Source: Basidioascus undulatus (Eukaryota). From it: a stretch of DNA of 35,222 nucleotides. Shown here piece by piece: positions 22,516-35,140 of the stretch. Position 1 is the first letter of the stretch; the number at the start of each line of letters is the position of its first letter. Both the position numbers and the translations under genes were made by a program. Under the pieces are notes generated by a model. It saw only the letters and a program-made list of their open reading frames with translations, was not told the DNA's origin and made no database searches. The stretch lies in assembly GCA_000826855.1 (NCBI GenBank), contig JTLS01000068.1, positions 1 to 35,222 of the forward strand. The letters run 5' to 3'.

Positions 22516-25500
22516 TCACGCCGTCTGCCCGTGCCCCGCCTTGACCGCAGCTGCCCACTGAGGCACCGACTTGGCGATGATGTTGAGCTCGCGCTTCTGC
22601 TGCGCGGGGCTGTCTTTAAGCGTGAGCGCGCCCTTGGCGAGCTTGCAGAGGTACGCGAAGTTGGCCTGCGCGGGCAGCGGCAGCGTCGCGTGCTTGCGTG
22701 CAGCGGCTGCGGCTTGGCCCGCCTTGAACTTCTCGGTCTGCATTGGAATGTGCGCTGTGAGCGCGCGGGCGAGCCGGAGCAAAGCAAGATGAAAGACTCA
22801 CGTATTCCTTTGCGATCTGCTCGGCGCGCAAGACGACAGAGAGCGGAACCTGGTCATTCACGCCCAATTCAGCAGAGCCCATCAACGTGTGCGAGGTAAG
22901 TAAGCACGTACGCCGGCGTAGCGAGCTACGTAGTGACCGTAGGAGTCGAGCGCGAGACCGGGGACGAGCTTGTACAGGAACGAGATCTGCCAGTTGACGG
23001 ATTAAATCAGTACTCTCCTCCTAAATCCCCTTGTAAGAGTGTTCACCCACCTCCCGGTTCTCTTGGTCGACAGCGGTAGCCATGTGCATGGACGAGATGT
23101 TGGGGTGGTACGCGTAGTCGTCGCCGATGGACGAGTAGTGCGTGGAGAATATGCAGCAAGGCCCGGTGTGTGTCGCGATCTGGTGCAGGACCGCGCCGGC
23201 GATGGCGATGGCTTGCGTCGTCGAGGTTCCCCGCTGCAGCGGCATCCCAAGCTGTCAGCAGAGTGTTCCATGGCACGCTATGAGGACGCACCCCGAGTTC
23301 GTCCAGAATGACCAAGCTCTTCGGCGTCGCCTCGTTGAGGATCTTCGACCTACGCAAGCGAGATGGTGTTCAGCGTGTGGAGAGGCTTGTCAGAAAGATA
23401 ACCAGCTCACGTCTCGGAGAGTTCGACCATGAAAGTGGAAGCGTTGCTGAACATGTTGTCGTATGCGCCGAGGCGACTGGCGATCCTGTCGACCGGCGAG
23501 ATGCTGTACAAGCGACAATCAACCAATGAGCTGACTAGCGGTGGGAGCAAGGGAACCGGAAAGACGCACCGAGCGCGAGTAGCAGGCACGAAACAGCCGA
23601 GCTGGGCCATAATAGTCGCAGCCGCCGTCATGCGGAGGAGCGTCGACTTGCCGGCCATGTTCTGGAATCATCCAAGAGTCAGCATCAAGCCTGCGCAGTC
23701 CGAGTCCTAAGAAATAGACGACACGCACCGGACCAGTGAGCAGCATCGTGCTCGCGTGGTCGCCGCCGAGCTGGACGTCGTTGGCAACAAAGTCCTTGCG
23801 GAGGCTCATGGACGGGTGGCGCAGGTTCTCAAAGTCGAGCACGGATGCGTCGGACTCGATGATCTCTGGACGGCACGACGGCTCCTCGATCGCCTGCGAG
23901 CTCTTCGCGAGCGAGATGAGGCAGTCGAGCTCCGCGCACGCCTTGACGGCGCGGATCCAGGTCTGTCCAGACACGTTCACATTCGTTAGTGCGCCGAAGA
24001 CATGAAAGGACAAAGAGGAACTGCGCACCTGGTAGTCCGCGTCGAACTCAGCGTACAGCCTGTTCTGGAACTCCTTGAGGACGGCCTGGCGCGTCTCACG
24101 CGCCTCCTTCAGGCGAAGCACCGTCGAGCGGACGTCCGGGCTCCAGTACCGGGTGACCTTGGTCGTGGTCGAGAGCTTGACCCAATCCTTGGGGACCTTC
24201 TGGGACTTGGGCACCTCGATCGAGTAGATCTGTGATGGCCGCGTTCAGCGACGTCAGCGAACGTTGCGCAATTGTTGCGATTTTACAGTCACGCACCTCC
24301 TTCGTGCCAACATCCTTGTAGATCATCTCTCGGCATCTGGGCGCCGCAACGTCAGCGGGGCCGCGTGTCGGTCTGCAACTGAGACCAACGTACTTCAGGT
24401 CCCTCTTGTAATCCTTCAAGTACTGCTCCAGCTCCGCCTCGATCGTCGCGATCTCCTGCTCGGCCTCCTCGAACTCCAGGTCTGCGCCGCTGACGGGCAT
24501 GAGCGTCTCTGCAGATCCCCTCCCACGTCTTTGAGCAACTGCGGCGCGCGAAGCTGCCGAGAGAGGCCGCACCGTCCTCGGTGACGAAGAACTTTGTCTC
24601 GATGTGCTTGATGTGCTTGGACAGGTCCGGCGCGTCGCGGAGGAGCGCGGGGACGCCGGCGGACTTGAAGTCCTCGCAGCTGTTGAGGAGCGTCTCGAAC
24701 GTCTTCTGGATCTTGCCGAAGGCCTGGAAACCAGGAGCCCATCCCCATTAGTCTCGCTCGCATTCGCACCGCACCCAAGACTTGCCTTGATGACGCTGAT
24801 GAATTGCTTCGGCCTGATGGCCTTGGCGTGGATGCGCGAGAGGAGGCGCTCGAGGTCCGGTAGGCCCTTCGCGAGCTGATTGAACGACGTCTTGAACGCC
24901 AGGTTGGCCATGATGTCCTCGACGGCATCAAGCCTGCAGGAATTCGGCTGTCAAAATGGCAGTGCATCGATACAAGTTCGTGCACAGACGACGCACCGGT
25001 CGTTGATCGCCTTGGCCTCGCGCAGCGGGCTGCAGAGCCAGATGCGAAAGAGCCGTTTGCCTGCACGAGATGTAGAACTCGTATGAGCATGAGCAAATCT
25101 CAGTAGGCGGAAAGAGACGCACCAAAAGGCGTGATGCAGCGGTTGAGCAGCTTCAGCAGCGTGTCGTCCTCGCCGCCCTCGCTGTTGACGAGAACCTGCG
25201 ACAAGCCGCAGAAGTCAGCATCGCAACGCCACGCCAGTCCATACTGCATGCTAGAGGAGAGGCACCTCAATGTGCGCCAGCGTCCGGCCGTCGAGCACCA
25301 TAGCCTTGCCCTTGGCAGTCGCGTCGTAGATGTTGAAGTTGCCGAGGGAGAGCAGGTCCTTGTCGAGGTTGAGGCTGCGGAGGTACCAAATGAGCGCGCC
25401 GAGCGCGCCGAGCGCCTCGATCGCCTCGGGCTTGTCGTCCATCTGCTGGATCGCATCCGGGATCTTGCCGCCGTCCGCCATCTCCTCCCCGCCCTCGTCG

Positions 25501-27812
25501 CCGCCGCCGTAGAGCTTGCGGATCTCGTCCATCGTCTCGGCGACGTCCAGCGCCTCCTTGCCCGCGCGCAGCGCGGTCCAGACGGTCGAGAGGGGGCAGA
25601 TGTTGCGGAGGACGCGGAGCGTGAGGACGTTGAGGTTGCCCTGCGGAAGATAGACTCATGAGCGGCGTGTCGAGCAAGAAACGGGAAGACACACCTTCTC
25701 GTGCACGATCTCCTTCGGGCGCAGTTGGCGGACGGTCGTCTCAAGGCGGCTGCGTGCTGTGTCGTCCTCGAACCAGGTCAAGTTGAACTCGCCTGTCGCA
25801 GCGTCGAGGATGCAGATGCCGAACACGGGCTTGCTCGCCCCATTCTCGGAGATGCCCTCCTATTATCCCAGCCCGTACGCGATCAGCCAAGCAGCCTTCT
25901 CCTCTTCGCAGCCGCCTTCCCCTCCAACGTACCTTGATCGAAACACAGTGCGTCGCCGAGTCGTCCTGGAGGAGCGAGCCGTCGACGAGAGTGCCGTTCG
26001 TGAGGACGCTGCGGAGCTCCCGCCGGACGATCTCCTTGTCGCCACCCTTGGTCTTCGCCCCGCCGCCAGCCTTTGTGCGCATGTCCATCCCGATCGCGGT
26101 CTCGCACTGCTCGACCTTACCGACCTTGTAGCCGAGCGCGAGGAACTTGGCTGCGTAGAAGTCAAACGAGGCCTGGGGCGCTACCTGTCAGTACAAGGCG
26201 TAGGGTGCGGTGCAAGGGGACGGCGCACCTCGGGGACACCGACCATGCACATCTTCACGCGCGAGGTGAGCTTGAGGTCCAGCTCGCGGTGCCCGATGAT
26301 CTGGAATGGGGATGGGTCAGATGCAGCATTTAGGTAGTGCGAGCAGAGCTACGCACAGCATCGTTCTCGTAAAGCTAAAGAACGGAGTCAGAATGAGTCT
26401 CTCGCAGCTAGGTTGCAATCTGCGACGCACCTCGTAGAACTTGCCCTTTTGGAAGAACAAGATGATGTCGAAGTGGTCCTTCTTGATCGCCCAGAACTAA
26501 ACAAACATCCAGTGAGCAAACGTTCCCGCCTTGGAAGCGGTACAACAACGGACCTGCTTCTCGAACGGAGTGAAGGCGTTCCACTCCTTGCTCGGGATGT
26601 ACAGCGTGCGGGGGTCGTAGTCCGGGTGTCCGACGGGGTTCTTGTCTTTCTGCTCTCCGTCCCCGCCGTTGTCCACTTCCGTGAGTACGCCCTGCCATGT
26701 TCTCACATGATGAATGGGATGCCAACGAACGTCCAGCGGGTTCTCCAAGAACGCAAACGGCTTCTCCTCCTTCTTCTTGTCCTCCTTGCTCTGCAGCGCG
26801 TCTCGCTCTGCTTTGGTCATGAACTCGATCGCGCCGCCCGCGCGGCCGGACGACGACGCCCCCTGCTGCGCGGCACTCGACGAGACGGACGCGCGCTTGG
26901 TCTTCGACGGTGCCGAGGCGGTCTTTTTCTTGGACGCGAGCGCCTCGTCGTCGGAGCTTTCGACGACGGCGACCTTCTTCTTCTTCTTCTTGGAAGAGAG
27001 CGTTTCGTCCTCGGAGCTGTCGTCGTTGAAGGCGGAGGATTCGGGAGCTGCAGCGGACAGGTGAGCGAGGGAAGAGGTGAAGGTCGAAGGGAGGCGGGCG
27101 CACTAGGAACAGCTTCGGACATCGCCTCGTCCTCCTCGCCGTCTGGAGCGATAAAGTCGTCGTCGTCGCTCTCAATGATGCGTGCGCGCTTCGAGCGGCC
27201 CGAGGCAGTGGAACCTGCAGTCGACCTGTCAAGCGAGCTCGTTCAGAGAGCAGCTATAACAAGGAACGCACCTCGAGGCTTGGAGAGCTGTTCCTTGAGC
27301 GACTCGAGATCCCCATCTTCGTCGTCCGACTCCGCATAGTTGACCCTGCGCTTCTGGGAGCGCGACACCGCCGCCTTCTGCGCACGCGTCAGTCACGAGG
27401 GGCCATCCCAGAACCGAAAAGAGAAACGCACCTGCTCCAGCTTCTCTTCCCCATCCACCTCCATCTCCATCGTCGCGTCCGTGAAGCTCGACTCGTCGTC
27501 CTCGTCGCGCGGACGTGACGCGGTCGTGGACGCGATGCTGGGGGACGAGTCTGCCGCGGAGCTAGGCGTGACCTTTGCGCTCCCTGCGCCGTTCGACTTG
27601 GACTCGGGGAGGGGAGTGGCGTGCGCGAGAGGGGAGGAGTGCGGCTGGGGTTTGGGAGCGGGCTTGGGCTTGGAGGAGGAGGCGGGCATGGGCGCGGCGG
27701 GGGAGGACGAGCCTGCCTCCGAGGAAGGGCGGCGGAAGAAGCCCGCGCCGAAGAGCGTGCCTTGCTTGAGCGCGGGCTTTTTGATGGATGAAGAGGGCGT
27801 GGATTTGGACAT
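22516..27812 (-). CDS. MSH6: DNA mismatch repair protein Msh6; 26 exons, open frame can be maintained throughout
   Basis: N-terminal PIP-like [11 protein letters not shown] and acidic/basic disordered region; [33 protein letters not shown] (Phe-X-Glu mismatch motif), [20 protein letters not shown], Walker [21 protein letters not shown], Walker [28 protein letters not shown]. Exon 3 needs the second of two nearby acceptors to stay in frame. Confidence 0.93.
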
Positions 27813-27904
27813 GGTGTGCTGGGTGTGGCGCTGATGGTCCAATGGAGGGGTGATGGCGTGGGGTGTCGTGGTCGCGGTCAGAAGAAGCAAAGGTCGAGGA
27901 CAAC

Positions 27905-27943
27905 ACGCGACGCGTTAACGCGGCGCGACCTCATTTCCCGCGT
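27905..27943. promoter_or_regulatory. Cluster of MCB-like (ACGCGT/CGCG) cell-cycle boxes upstream of MSH6
   Basis: ACGCGA 27905, ACGCGT 27910, ACGCGG 27918, CGCG 27924 and TTTCCCGCGT 27934, about 90-130 nt upstream of the MSH6 ATG. MSH6 is an MBF target in budding yeast. Confidence 0.65.
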
Positions 27944-29435
27944 ACTTTTCAGGTTTCAGTTTCAGTTCCACTCACTGTGATTGGCAAACAATTGCTTGAA
28001 AGCAGGTAATGAGCACAGCTAGAAATGTCTTACTACACGTAAAAGGATGGTACATTTCGACCATGACCAGGGAAAGAGTTGGAAGGGAACAAATGGCAAT
28101 GGCGATGCAGCGGTCGCAGCCTGGTAGATTCGACCGCACAGCCTTTTCGTCCACTGATCATGGTTATACCGTCACTTTCACCTAGGAGCTCAGAAAAAGT
28201 TCAATTCCTATCATGCGCAAGAAGGAGGATTCCGACGGAAAGCAGGACCTTCACCATTCACTTTCCTCACATCTGCTTGGCGTACAGGTTCATCAATGGT
28301 CTCGTCGAGCGTCTGAAGAGTTATGAACATGGTCTAAGGAGACAATCATATATATCTCAAGAACTCCAGAGTTGTCCTACTCCTTGTTGTGATACCTACC
28401 TGGTCTCAGAAGCAAGTCTCGTCTATGCCTCCTTCTCAACGACAGTTTGTGGAAAAGCATGTAACATGCGGCACTGGCTCCCTGACATTCAGACCTCCCC
28501 GATTTCGGAAGTGGTATTGAGGTAATATTTGTGAGCTGAATCTCTCAAATGCAGTCTGTGTACAAGGCGGAGACCGTCCCCGTTTGGGTGCTGGACAATA
28601 AAGAGTCGCAGTCAAGGTTCTGTGTCTCCGTTGAGTTGAAGCGAGAGGAAATTAAATATCACGCACCCCCTCAATTCTCGGTCCTAAGCCCATAGCCCCT
28701 GCAGCTGCAGGTAGCTCTGAATTGCTCTGAAGCAGGCGAAGGCCCGCCCGTCGTACGCCTGGAAAGCCTGGTCGACGCCAGTTGGCGCAAAACCCACCGC
28801 TCTTCTAGAAATGCTTACGTGCGAACTGACGTTGTAAACGCAGCTGATGGGTAGCCTCTTTTATGCTCTGGGTGCTGGTGCTTCAGCGTATGTCGCCGGT
28901 ACAAAACCTGTGCGCATGACGGAGATGTCGGGCTTCTCATCACGTCCTTGAGGTCACTCTGTGGTACTACAGATTCTCTTAGAAAACGACTGTTCAGAAA
29001 GTGTTCGCAGAACCCATCGAACCTTTCGGCGGAGTGCACTGAGGGCATCGTTCTTCCGGCGGCGGCATCATTCCGCCCAGCCTGACTCGTTCGCAGCCCG
29101 CATAAAAAGCATCCGTCCTCGCTGTCCTCCTCCTCCCTCGCCCTGAAGGTCCATCATTCGCACCATCGTGACCAATATCTAAATCGGAATGCTACGCATT
29201 GATATTCTGGAGTCCTTAATAAGCTGTGAGAAAGACGCGATGACTGAGCTGCTCGCTGAGAGCTGAGTAAGGTCCGCTCGGGCTACAGACGTCAAGACCG
29301 AGCGGACGGTGCCTAAGGCGGTGACTCGACGCGAGGAGAAGGTGCGCGCCTTCGCAGCCTCCCAAATCTCTGAATGAAATTACAGGCGGTCTCTTGTCGT
29401 CTTACCATCATCTCCACATTCGTTTGCTCCCCATA

Positions 29436-31144
29436 ATGGGTCTCCCCAGCAACCCCCAGCTCATCCTGACGCTGCACACGCGCGTCCTCTTCGTCCACCC
29501 GCGCGCTGAGGGCGTGCCGGACGCGGCCGAACTGGAGAATGCCACCTTGCGGGGCGTGTTGGATTTCATACTGCCGAGTATGTTGCACCTCATCTTGCAG
29601 CTGGAGATGGTTGTTTATGGACTGTTTCGTTTCAGCACCCCGCAAACTCAGCCGCTTGACCGTCTCGTTCGTGGGGGAGGAGAGCATGTCCTTCCCGAGC
29701 GGCGCGTCCGAGCAGCAGCGGACGCTCGAAAAGGTGTTGGAGGTGCCAGGATTGGCGGATGAGGTTCTGGACAAGGGGGTTCACCGGTGCGTTTCTGTTC
29801 CTTTGGCGTAAATATCGCAGCGACAGCTGACCTGGGGGGACCGCCGCAGCTTCGAGTTCGCTTTCGAGGTCCCCGCAGAGACGTCCAGCTACGAGCGCAG
29901 TCCTCATGGGCGACTGTTCTACTTTGTTCGGGCCAAAGCGACTTTCCCGGGCTTGCTGGCTCGGCCACTACGGGCGGAGAAGGTGAGTCTTGCGGCGAGT
30001 GTTTGCAGTGCTGCTCAGCGAATTGACCATCTGTTTCGCGCTGCAGAGCCTCTTCATCGTTGCGAACCCGAACATGGATGGCACTCTGGCATATGAATGT
30101 ACGCAGCTTCAGTTCCAGAAGTGCACTGCTCAGACTGCTCACTCTCGCCCAATATTTAGACGTCCACCGCGACGCAGTAGACGGCTTAGGCGTCAGTCAT
30201 ACTGTCTCCATGCTCCATCCTTCCAGCCTATCTGACCCTACTCCACGTCCACAGCCCCTCATCGCATCCATCAAGACCCCCCACCTCACCATCGGCGGCT
30301 ACCTCCGCTTCTCGCTTACCCTTCCCGCCCCGCCGTCTGACCTCGTCCTCCACTCAATCGAGTTCTTCCTCCTCCAATTCACCACCTTGCACTCGCGCGT
30401 GCGCCCCGGCGTAGTCGAGCAATGTCCCATCTCGCGGTTAAGCCTGCTGCGACTATACGGGACTGGGACGGGCGCGGAGCTCAAGAAGGACGGGGACGAT
30501 GCGCTGTGGGAGGGCGAGTGGGTCGCTAGGATTCCGGGCGACGATGACGCGCGGTGAGTCTACTTTGCGGGGAGGGGGGCCAAGAGCTGCGTGGGTCTCG
30601 AGCTCATGGAAGGGCTGGCTGTGAACAGGGCTACCACGGTACCCGGCTCGGAAAGCGCGATCCGCATGTCCCACAAGGTCGAGATGGCCGTGGTATTCTC
30701 CAACGCCGACTCGGACGGAAAACGCAAGAACAAGCAGCTCTTCACCATGACCCGCGAAATGACTATCCCCTCCGTGCGCATTCCGCTCCTCCCCCGCCTT
30801 TCTTCCCGTCGCCGAGATACTGACAGTGCCTCCCCGGGAAGTGCTGCTGCATGCTCGACTCCATCGTCCTCCCCCGATATTCGGAGTGCGACCCAGCGAG
30901 GGGTGGAAACGGCCGGAAAGAACTGACCGTTGAGGCGTGCACGTGCGGCGAGACGCTCGAGGAGCTCCTGGGGCAGGACGTCGCGCAGGGCATCCAGGAG
31001 GGGATCAGGCGCGGGCCGCGCGTGGAGACGCCCGAGGAGCCGGAGAGCGAGGAGGAGCTGGACGAGGTGGAGCGGCTCAAGAGGCTGAGGGACGCGAAGG
31101 CGTTGCAGGAGTACGAGGTTTTGCCGCAGTGTTTGTCCCGATAG
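29436..31144 (+). CDS. Arrestin-like (alpha-arrestin fold) protein; 8 exons, intact
   Basis: Spliced ORF: LRGVLDFILPTPRKLSRLTVSFVG...LDKGVHRFEFAFEVPAETSSYERSPHGRLFYFVRAKATF (arrestin-N pattern)...IRMSHKVEMAVVF...MTIPSCCCMLDSIVLPRY (LPxY motif)...CTCG...TAG. All splice phases agree. Confidence 0.7.
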
Positions 31145-31884
31145 GCGGTTGGATCGATTTGGATGACTTACTATCACCCATTGATGTTTAAAATTTCCTT
31201 GCGGTCTCTGTACTCTGCTTGCGTACCGCAAATGTCCTTTAAGAGGACAGCAGCCCATACGCCAGCGCTGGCGACTGGCAATCTCGAGAGCGCAGACTTC
31301 AGTTTTCAGCCTGGCAATCGAGGGATGGGCATTTTTCTAGTCGGTATAATCCTTGTTAATTTGTATTATTAGGAGCTGCCAACACCCCAAAAGAGAGGCA
31401 AAGGGCAATGAACGTTCTCTGCGGCCGCCTGCATCCGATCCAGTTTCGCTACGCTGACGAAGGGACGAGACCCCTCCGCTTGTAAAGTGGGGATCATTCA
31501 CTTTTTTTAATAAATTCCCGGCCGTCAGATTATCCTCCGTGCGTATGCAGCCACTGTCGCTGGCACCTATAAGCATCCCGTTCCAGCGATCCTCGACGGA
31601 ATGACAGCGGACGTGGCTGAGCGCGATCATACCATATTACCAAAAAAATTGAACTAATCGAATAAGACACCCGAACAGAGATGCCGATGCACTTCTACTA
31701 GTGGGTCATGGCTGCGGGCATACCTCAACATTCCGCAACTCCGGGAACACCGTGCCTCCGGGTCCGCTGCTGCTGCCGGGCTGTTCGACTAGCGGCTTCT
31801 GCCCGTTGTACTCTCCATAAAGATCATGACCTGTTCACACTTCGGAGGCTTAACTCCATCTTATTTTCTACATCTGCGAAAGTC

Positions 31885-33745
31885 ATGGGACACTACCTCC
31901 TCGCTACAATTCTCCTCCTTCCGCTGTACCTAGGCGTCCAAGCGGCATGGGGCAAGCTCAAGCAGTGGTGGTATTTTCGCGACATTCAAGGGCCGTTTAG
32001 TACTGCAGCGGTAAAAAAGTGACCTGGCGAGTTGCATGGATGAGAGAGGGGTGATCGGCAAAGCGACGGTCACTGGCTGTACGGCAACGAGCTCGACCTG
32101 CTGCGGTCCGGCTTCGACAGTGTGGAGCGTGGGTGGTACGACCGGTTCGGGAGCGTCCTGAAGTAGGTATTTCTCGCTATACTAGAGGTGTATCTTTCAT
32201 GTGTTTTTCATTACTACTGATTCCCCCACTATTCCCCACTAGGATCAAAGGCGGCTTTGGCTACGGCGCTGTGTTAGTGATTGCCGACCCTGGTGCGGCC
32301 AACCATATCTTTGACAAGCATCCCTACCTGTGAGGCAACCAATATTTTATCTTTATGGACGGACATAAAGCTCAGCGCTACGCCGTGAGTACGCAGCTAC
32401 CCGCGCATAGCGGAGGGACGCATGATTTCGAGCTGCTTTTCGGAGACGAGCTCGGTAAGTGGTTCGTTGAAGTTCATCCAAATCTGAACGGGACTGATAC
32501 TCAGAGTTTTGGTTATACATCCTTAACAGTCACAGCGGAAGGGGAAGCACACAAGCTCCAGCGTCGAACCCTCGGCCCGTCGTTCAAGTGCGTCGGTTGA
32601 AGCGCTGCATTTTGCCGGCGCTCACAACGTCCGGATTCTATCGGAACGTATTTTTTTGGGCGTTCACACGTTCAGTGAGGACCAGACTGCTCTACATGAA
32701 ATATCCAACCACCTGACGTCCCCTTGACGATACTTAGCTTATGGGAGAATGGGACAAGCTACTGGCTGAGAATGGCTGTACGCTTTTGACATCTTTTCCT
32801 CTTTCTTTACCGAAAGATGCTGAAATAGAGCGTGGTTCCTAGCCGCCGTCCTGGACATGCACCCATGGATGAGCCGGATGACGCTCAATGTGATAAGCGA
32901 AGTGCGGACTCATGGCCACTACGGAAAAGTCCGAACGCAGGCTGAACTTGAAGCTGGGATTGAAATAAGCCGTCTTTGGTGTCAGCCCTGGTGCAACGGT
33001 TGGGAATCTGAACCCGATCGCTCGTGCAGTTTTGGAGCAGGCGAATGCGGACCCTAAAACGCTGTTCACCGTGAGCTTTACCTTGCCCTTGATATCGAAC
33101 TGGCTCTTCAATACCAGACCCTTTCTAATGGTTCTCCTTGTCCGACCGTGCCGCCACAGGTCACATCTTTACTTCGCGCATTCCCCTTCGTCCTTTCTCT
33201 TCCCATGCCCGGCCAGAAGTCGCTCGCCACCGTGCGCGATACCGTCGCCGAGGTTGCGCTCGCGATCATGGCGAAGAAGGCCGCCACAGTAGCAGAGGTA
33301 GAAGATGAGAAGCATGTTGAGGGAACGGAAAAGAACTTTATGAGCCTTCTGCGAGCGTTGATCACTCTTCGAACTTCGTACGATGCTGACCCTTCATATT
33401 TTCACTGACAGTCAAGCCTTATCCGGACATATCCACCAAGACTTTCATGCAGCTCGCAACGATAATTTTTGCCGGTAATTGTGTCTTTCTTTTATGGCTC
33501 GCTTTCAATCATATGCTCAGACCACACATAACGACAGTAAACGACTTCCTCATCGATTGTCATGTCGCTCTACCGCCTGGCCGCGAACCCGCTCATTCAG
33601 GACCGACTCCGTTTGGAGGTCTTCTCTCTCAACCGCGAGCCCACGCACGATGATTTTGTGTCGCCCTCGCTCCTGCCCTACCTCGACGCGTTCATCAAGG
33701 AAGTCCTGCGTATGGACGCACCTGCTCCCCGCCTTAACCGTAGCG
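31885..33745 (+). pseudogene. Cytochrome P450, disrupted and 3'-truncated
   Basis: N-terminal membrane anchor, IQGPDGHWLYGNE, VIADP, AEGEAHKLQRRTLGPSF (helix C), DMHPWMSRMTLNVIS, I-helix TIIFAG..(E>TAA at 33538)TTS, LPYLDAFIKEVLR (ExxR). -1 frameshift near 32427, donor mutated to GAGCGT near 33353, and no PERF or FxxGxxxCxG exons downstream. Confidence 0.85.
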
Positions 33746-33767
33746 TAAGCAGTTCCTGTTCATACCA

Positions 33768-34230
33768 CTACAGCCCTTTACTTGTAGTCCTCAGACGATT
33801 GACTCCCACCTCGCTGCCGACGCCGAACAGGTCGAAAAGCGGATCGGACGCCAAGAAGGAAGCAGCGAGGTCGTCGAGTACGTTCTTGGACGTGAGGGCG
33901 ATTGGCGGGAGTCCTGCGTTCGGCTCAGACGGGAGCTGGGCGAAGCGCGAGGTAGGTGTCCAGCGCTGGCTGCGGTCGAGCGTGAGCACCGACGTGGACG
34001 TCGCGGGGTGAGCAGGAGCTGGGCTAGACGGAGCCGCCGGAAAATGCGCGCGTGGGCATGCTGAAGGCGGGGGTGGTGATGGACGCGCCGGGGTGGCCGC
34101 TGCCGCCTGCGTTTACGCACGGGCGGCGGTCTTTGTGCGGGGATGGCGGATGTACGGGATGCTCGAGTTGGCGGGGATGCACTCGAGCCCGGCTACGGTA
34201 CAGCGCTTGCAGTGGCCTGCTTGGTCCCAT
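33768..34230 (-). pseudogene. Fragment of an unidentified P/S-rich gene abutting the truncated P450
   Basis: GC3-rich frame ATSTSVLTLDRSQRWTPTSRFAQLPSEPNAGLPPIALTSKNVLDDLAASFLASDPLFDLFG, with broken frames upstream. Confidence 0.3.
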
Positions 34231-35140
34231 TCCTGCTCATGAGATCATATGGGTTCCTTTTTAGCCAGCATGTATTTGGGTCGAGCAGCAGAGAATTGAT
34301 GAGAGCGCACTTCATCGCACTTCTTGCCTCGTCTGCAGTACAAAGTAAAGGAGCGCATGTCCGCAGGTCCTCCAGCCACTAAATGATGATTCAAGATCAG
34401 AAAGTATATTCACGGACGCTCTGCATGTTCGGCCTAAATAGACATCGTACACAGCCGACCAAGATCAGCACATTCCGCACCCCCGCGGTGACCAATCTCA
34501 TCGACTTACACCTAGTTTTACTCCTCCGCTGCGTTGCCGACATCGGAACGTGTGGTTCTTAGAGAAAATTGGGGAAGAACGGAAGGTATGTGCGTTAGTG
34601 GCTGTGAGATGGGGAATTTTGACTTGGTGGTGGTCAAGACGAGATGTTCGTGGCAGATGGCGAAGGCGCCTGAGATGAAGTTGCCCTGCTGCGCGTATCG
34701 CGCGGTTACACACCTACACCCTGAGACCTTTGGGACCTTCCTTCCAAATCAGCAAGGATCCGTCTCCGTTGGGAATACTGTAGAATTGGAATATTACCCA
34801 GATGGAATTCGTTGGTATCGATGCAGATGTTGATTCTGTGCAGGTCGTCAGTTCGCATTCAGCCCATTGCCGAAAGTCAAATTGTCACGATATAGAACCC
34901 TTCAGACCAAGGCATAAGTCAGACCAAAGTCGGTATGAAATGAGGCTAAATCACGTTCGATGAGCTGCAGCGTGCTGGATTTGCCGCAGCCAGAAGGACC
35001 GACGAGCGCGACGAACTGGCCGGGCTTGATCTCGAGGTTAAGGCCGCTCAGAACTCGAACTCCGGATCGGGTCGGGTAACGGACTTATGAAAAAATTGTG
35101 AGCAAATTTACTGGGTGTGCAGTCTAAAGGGAACAGCGCA

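Noticed and set aside
27215..27230. Frameshift at the start of MSH6 exon 3
   Set aside because: The first acceptor (GACAG) is out of frame, but CTGCAG 11 nt downstream restores it with a plausible TTGAC branch point; unresolved without RNA data, so not called.
1621..27834. Long antisense ORFs over ILS1 and MSH6 (e.g. 26413-27339, 3393-4076)
   Set aside because: Shadow ORFs expected from GC-rich codon usage on the opposite strand.
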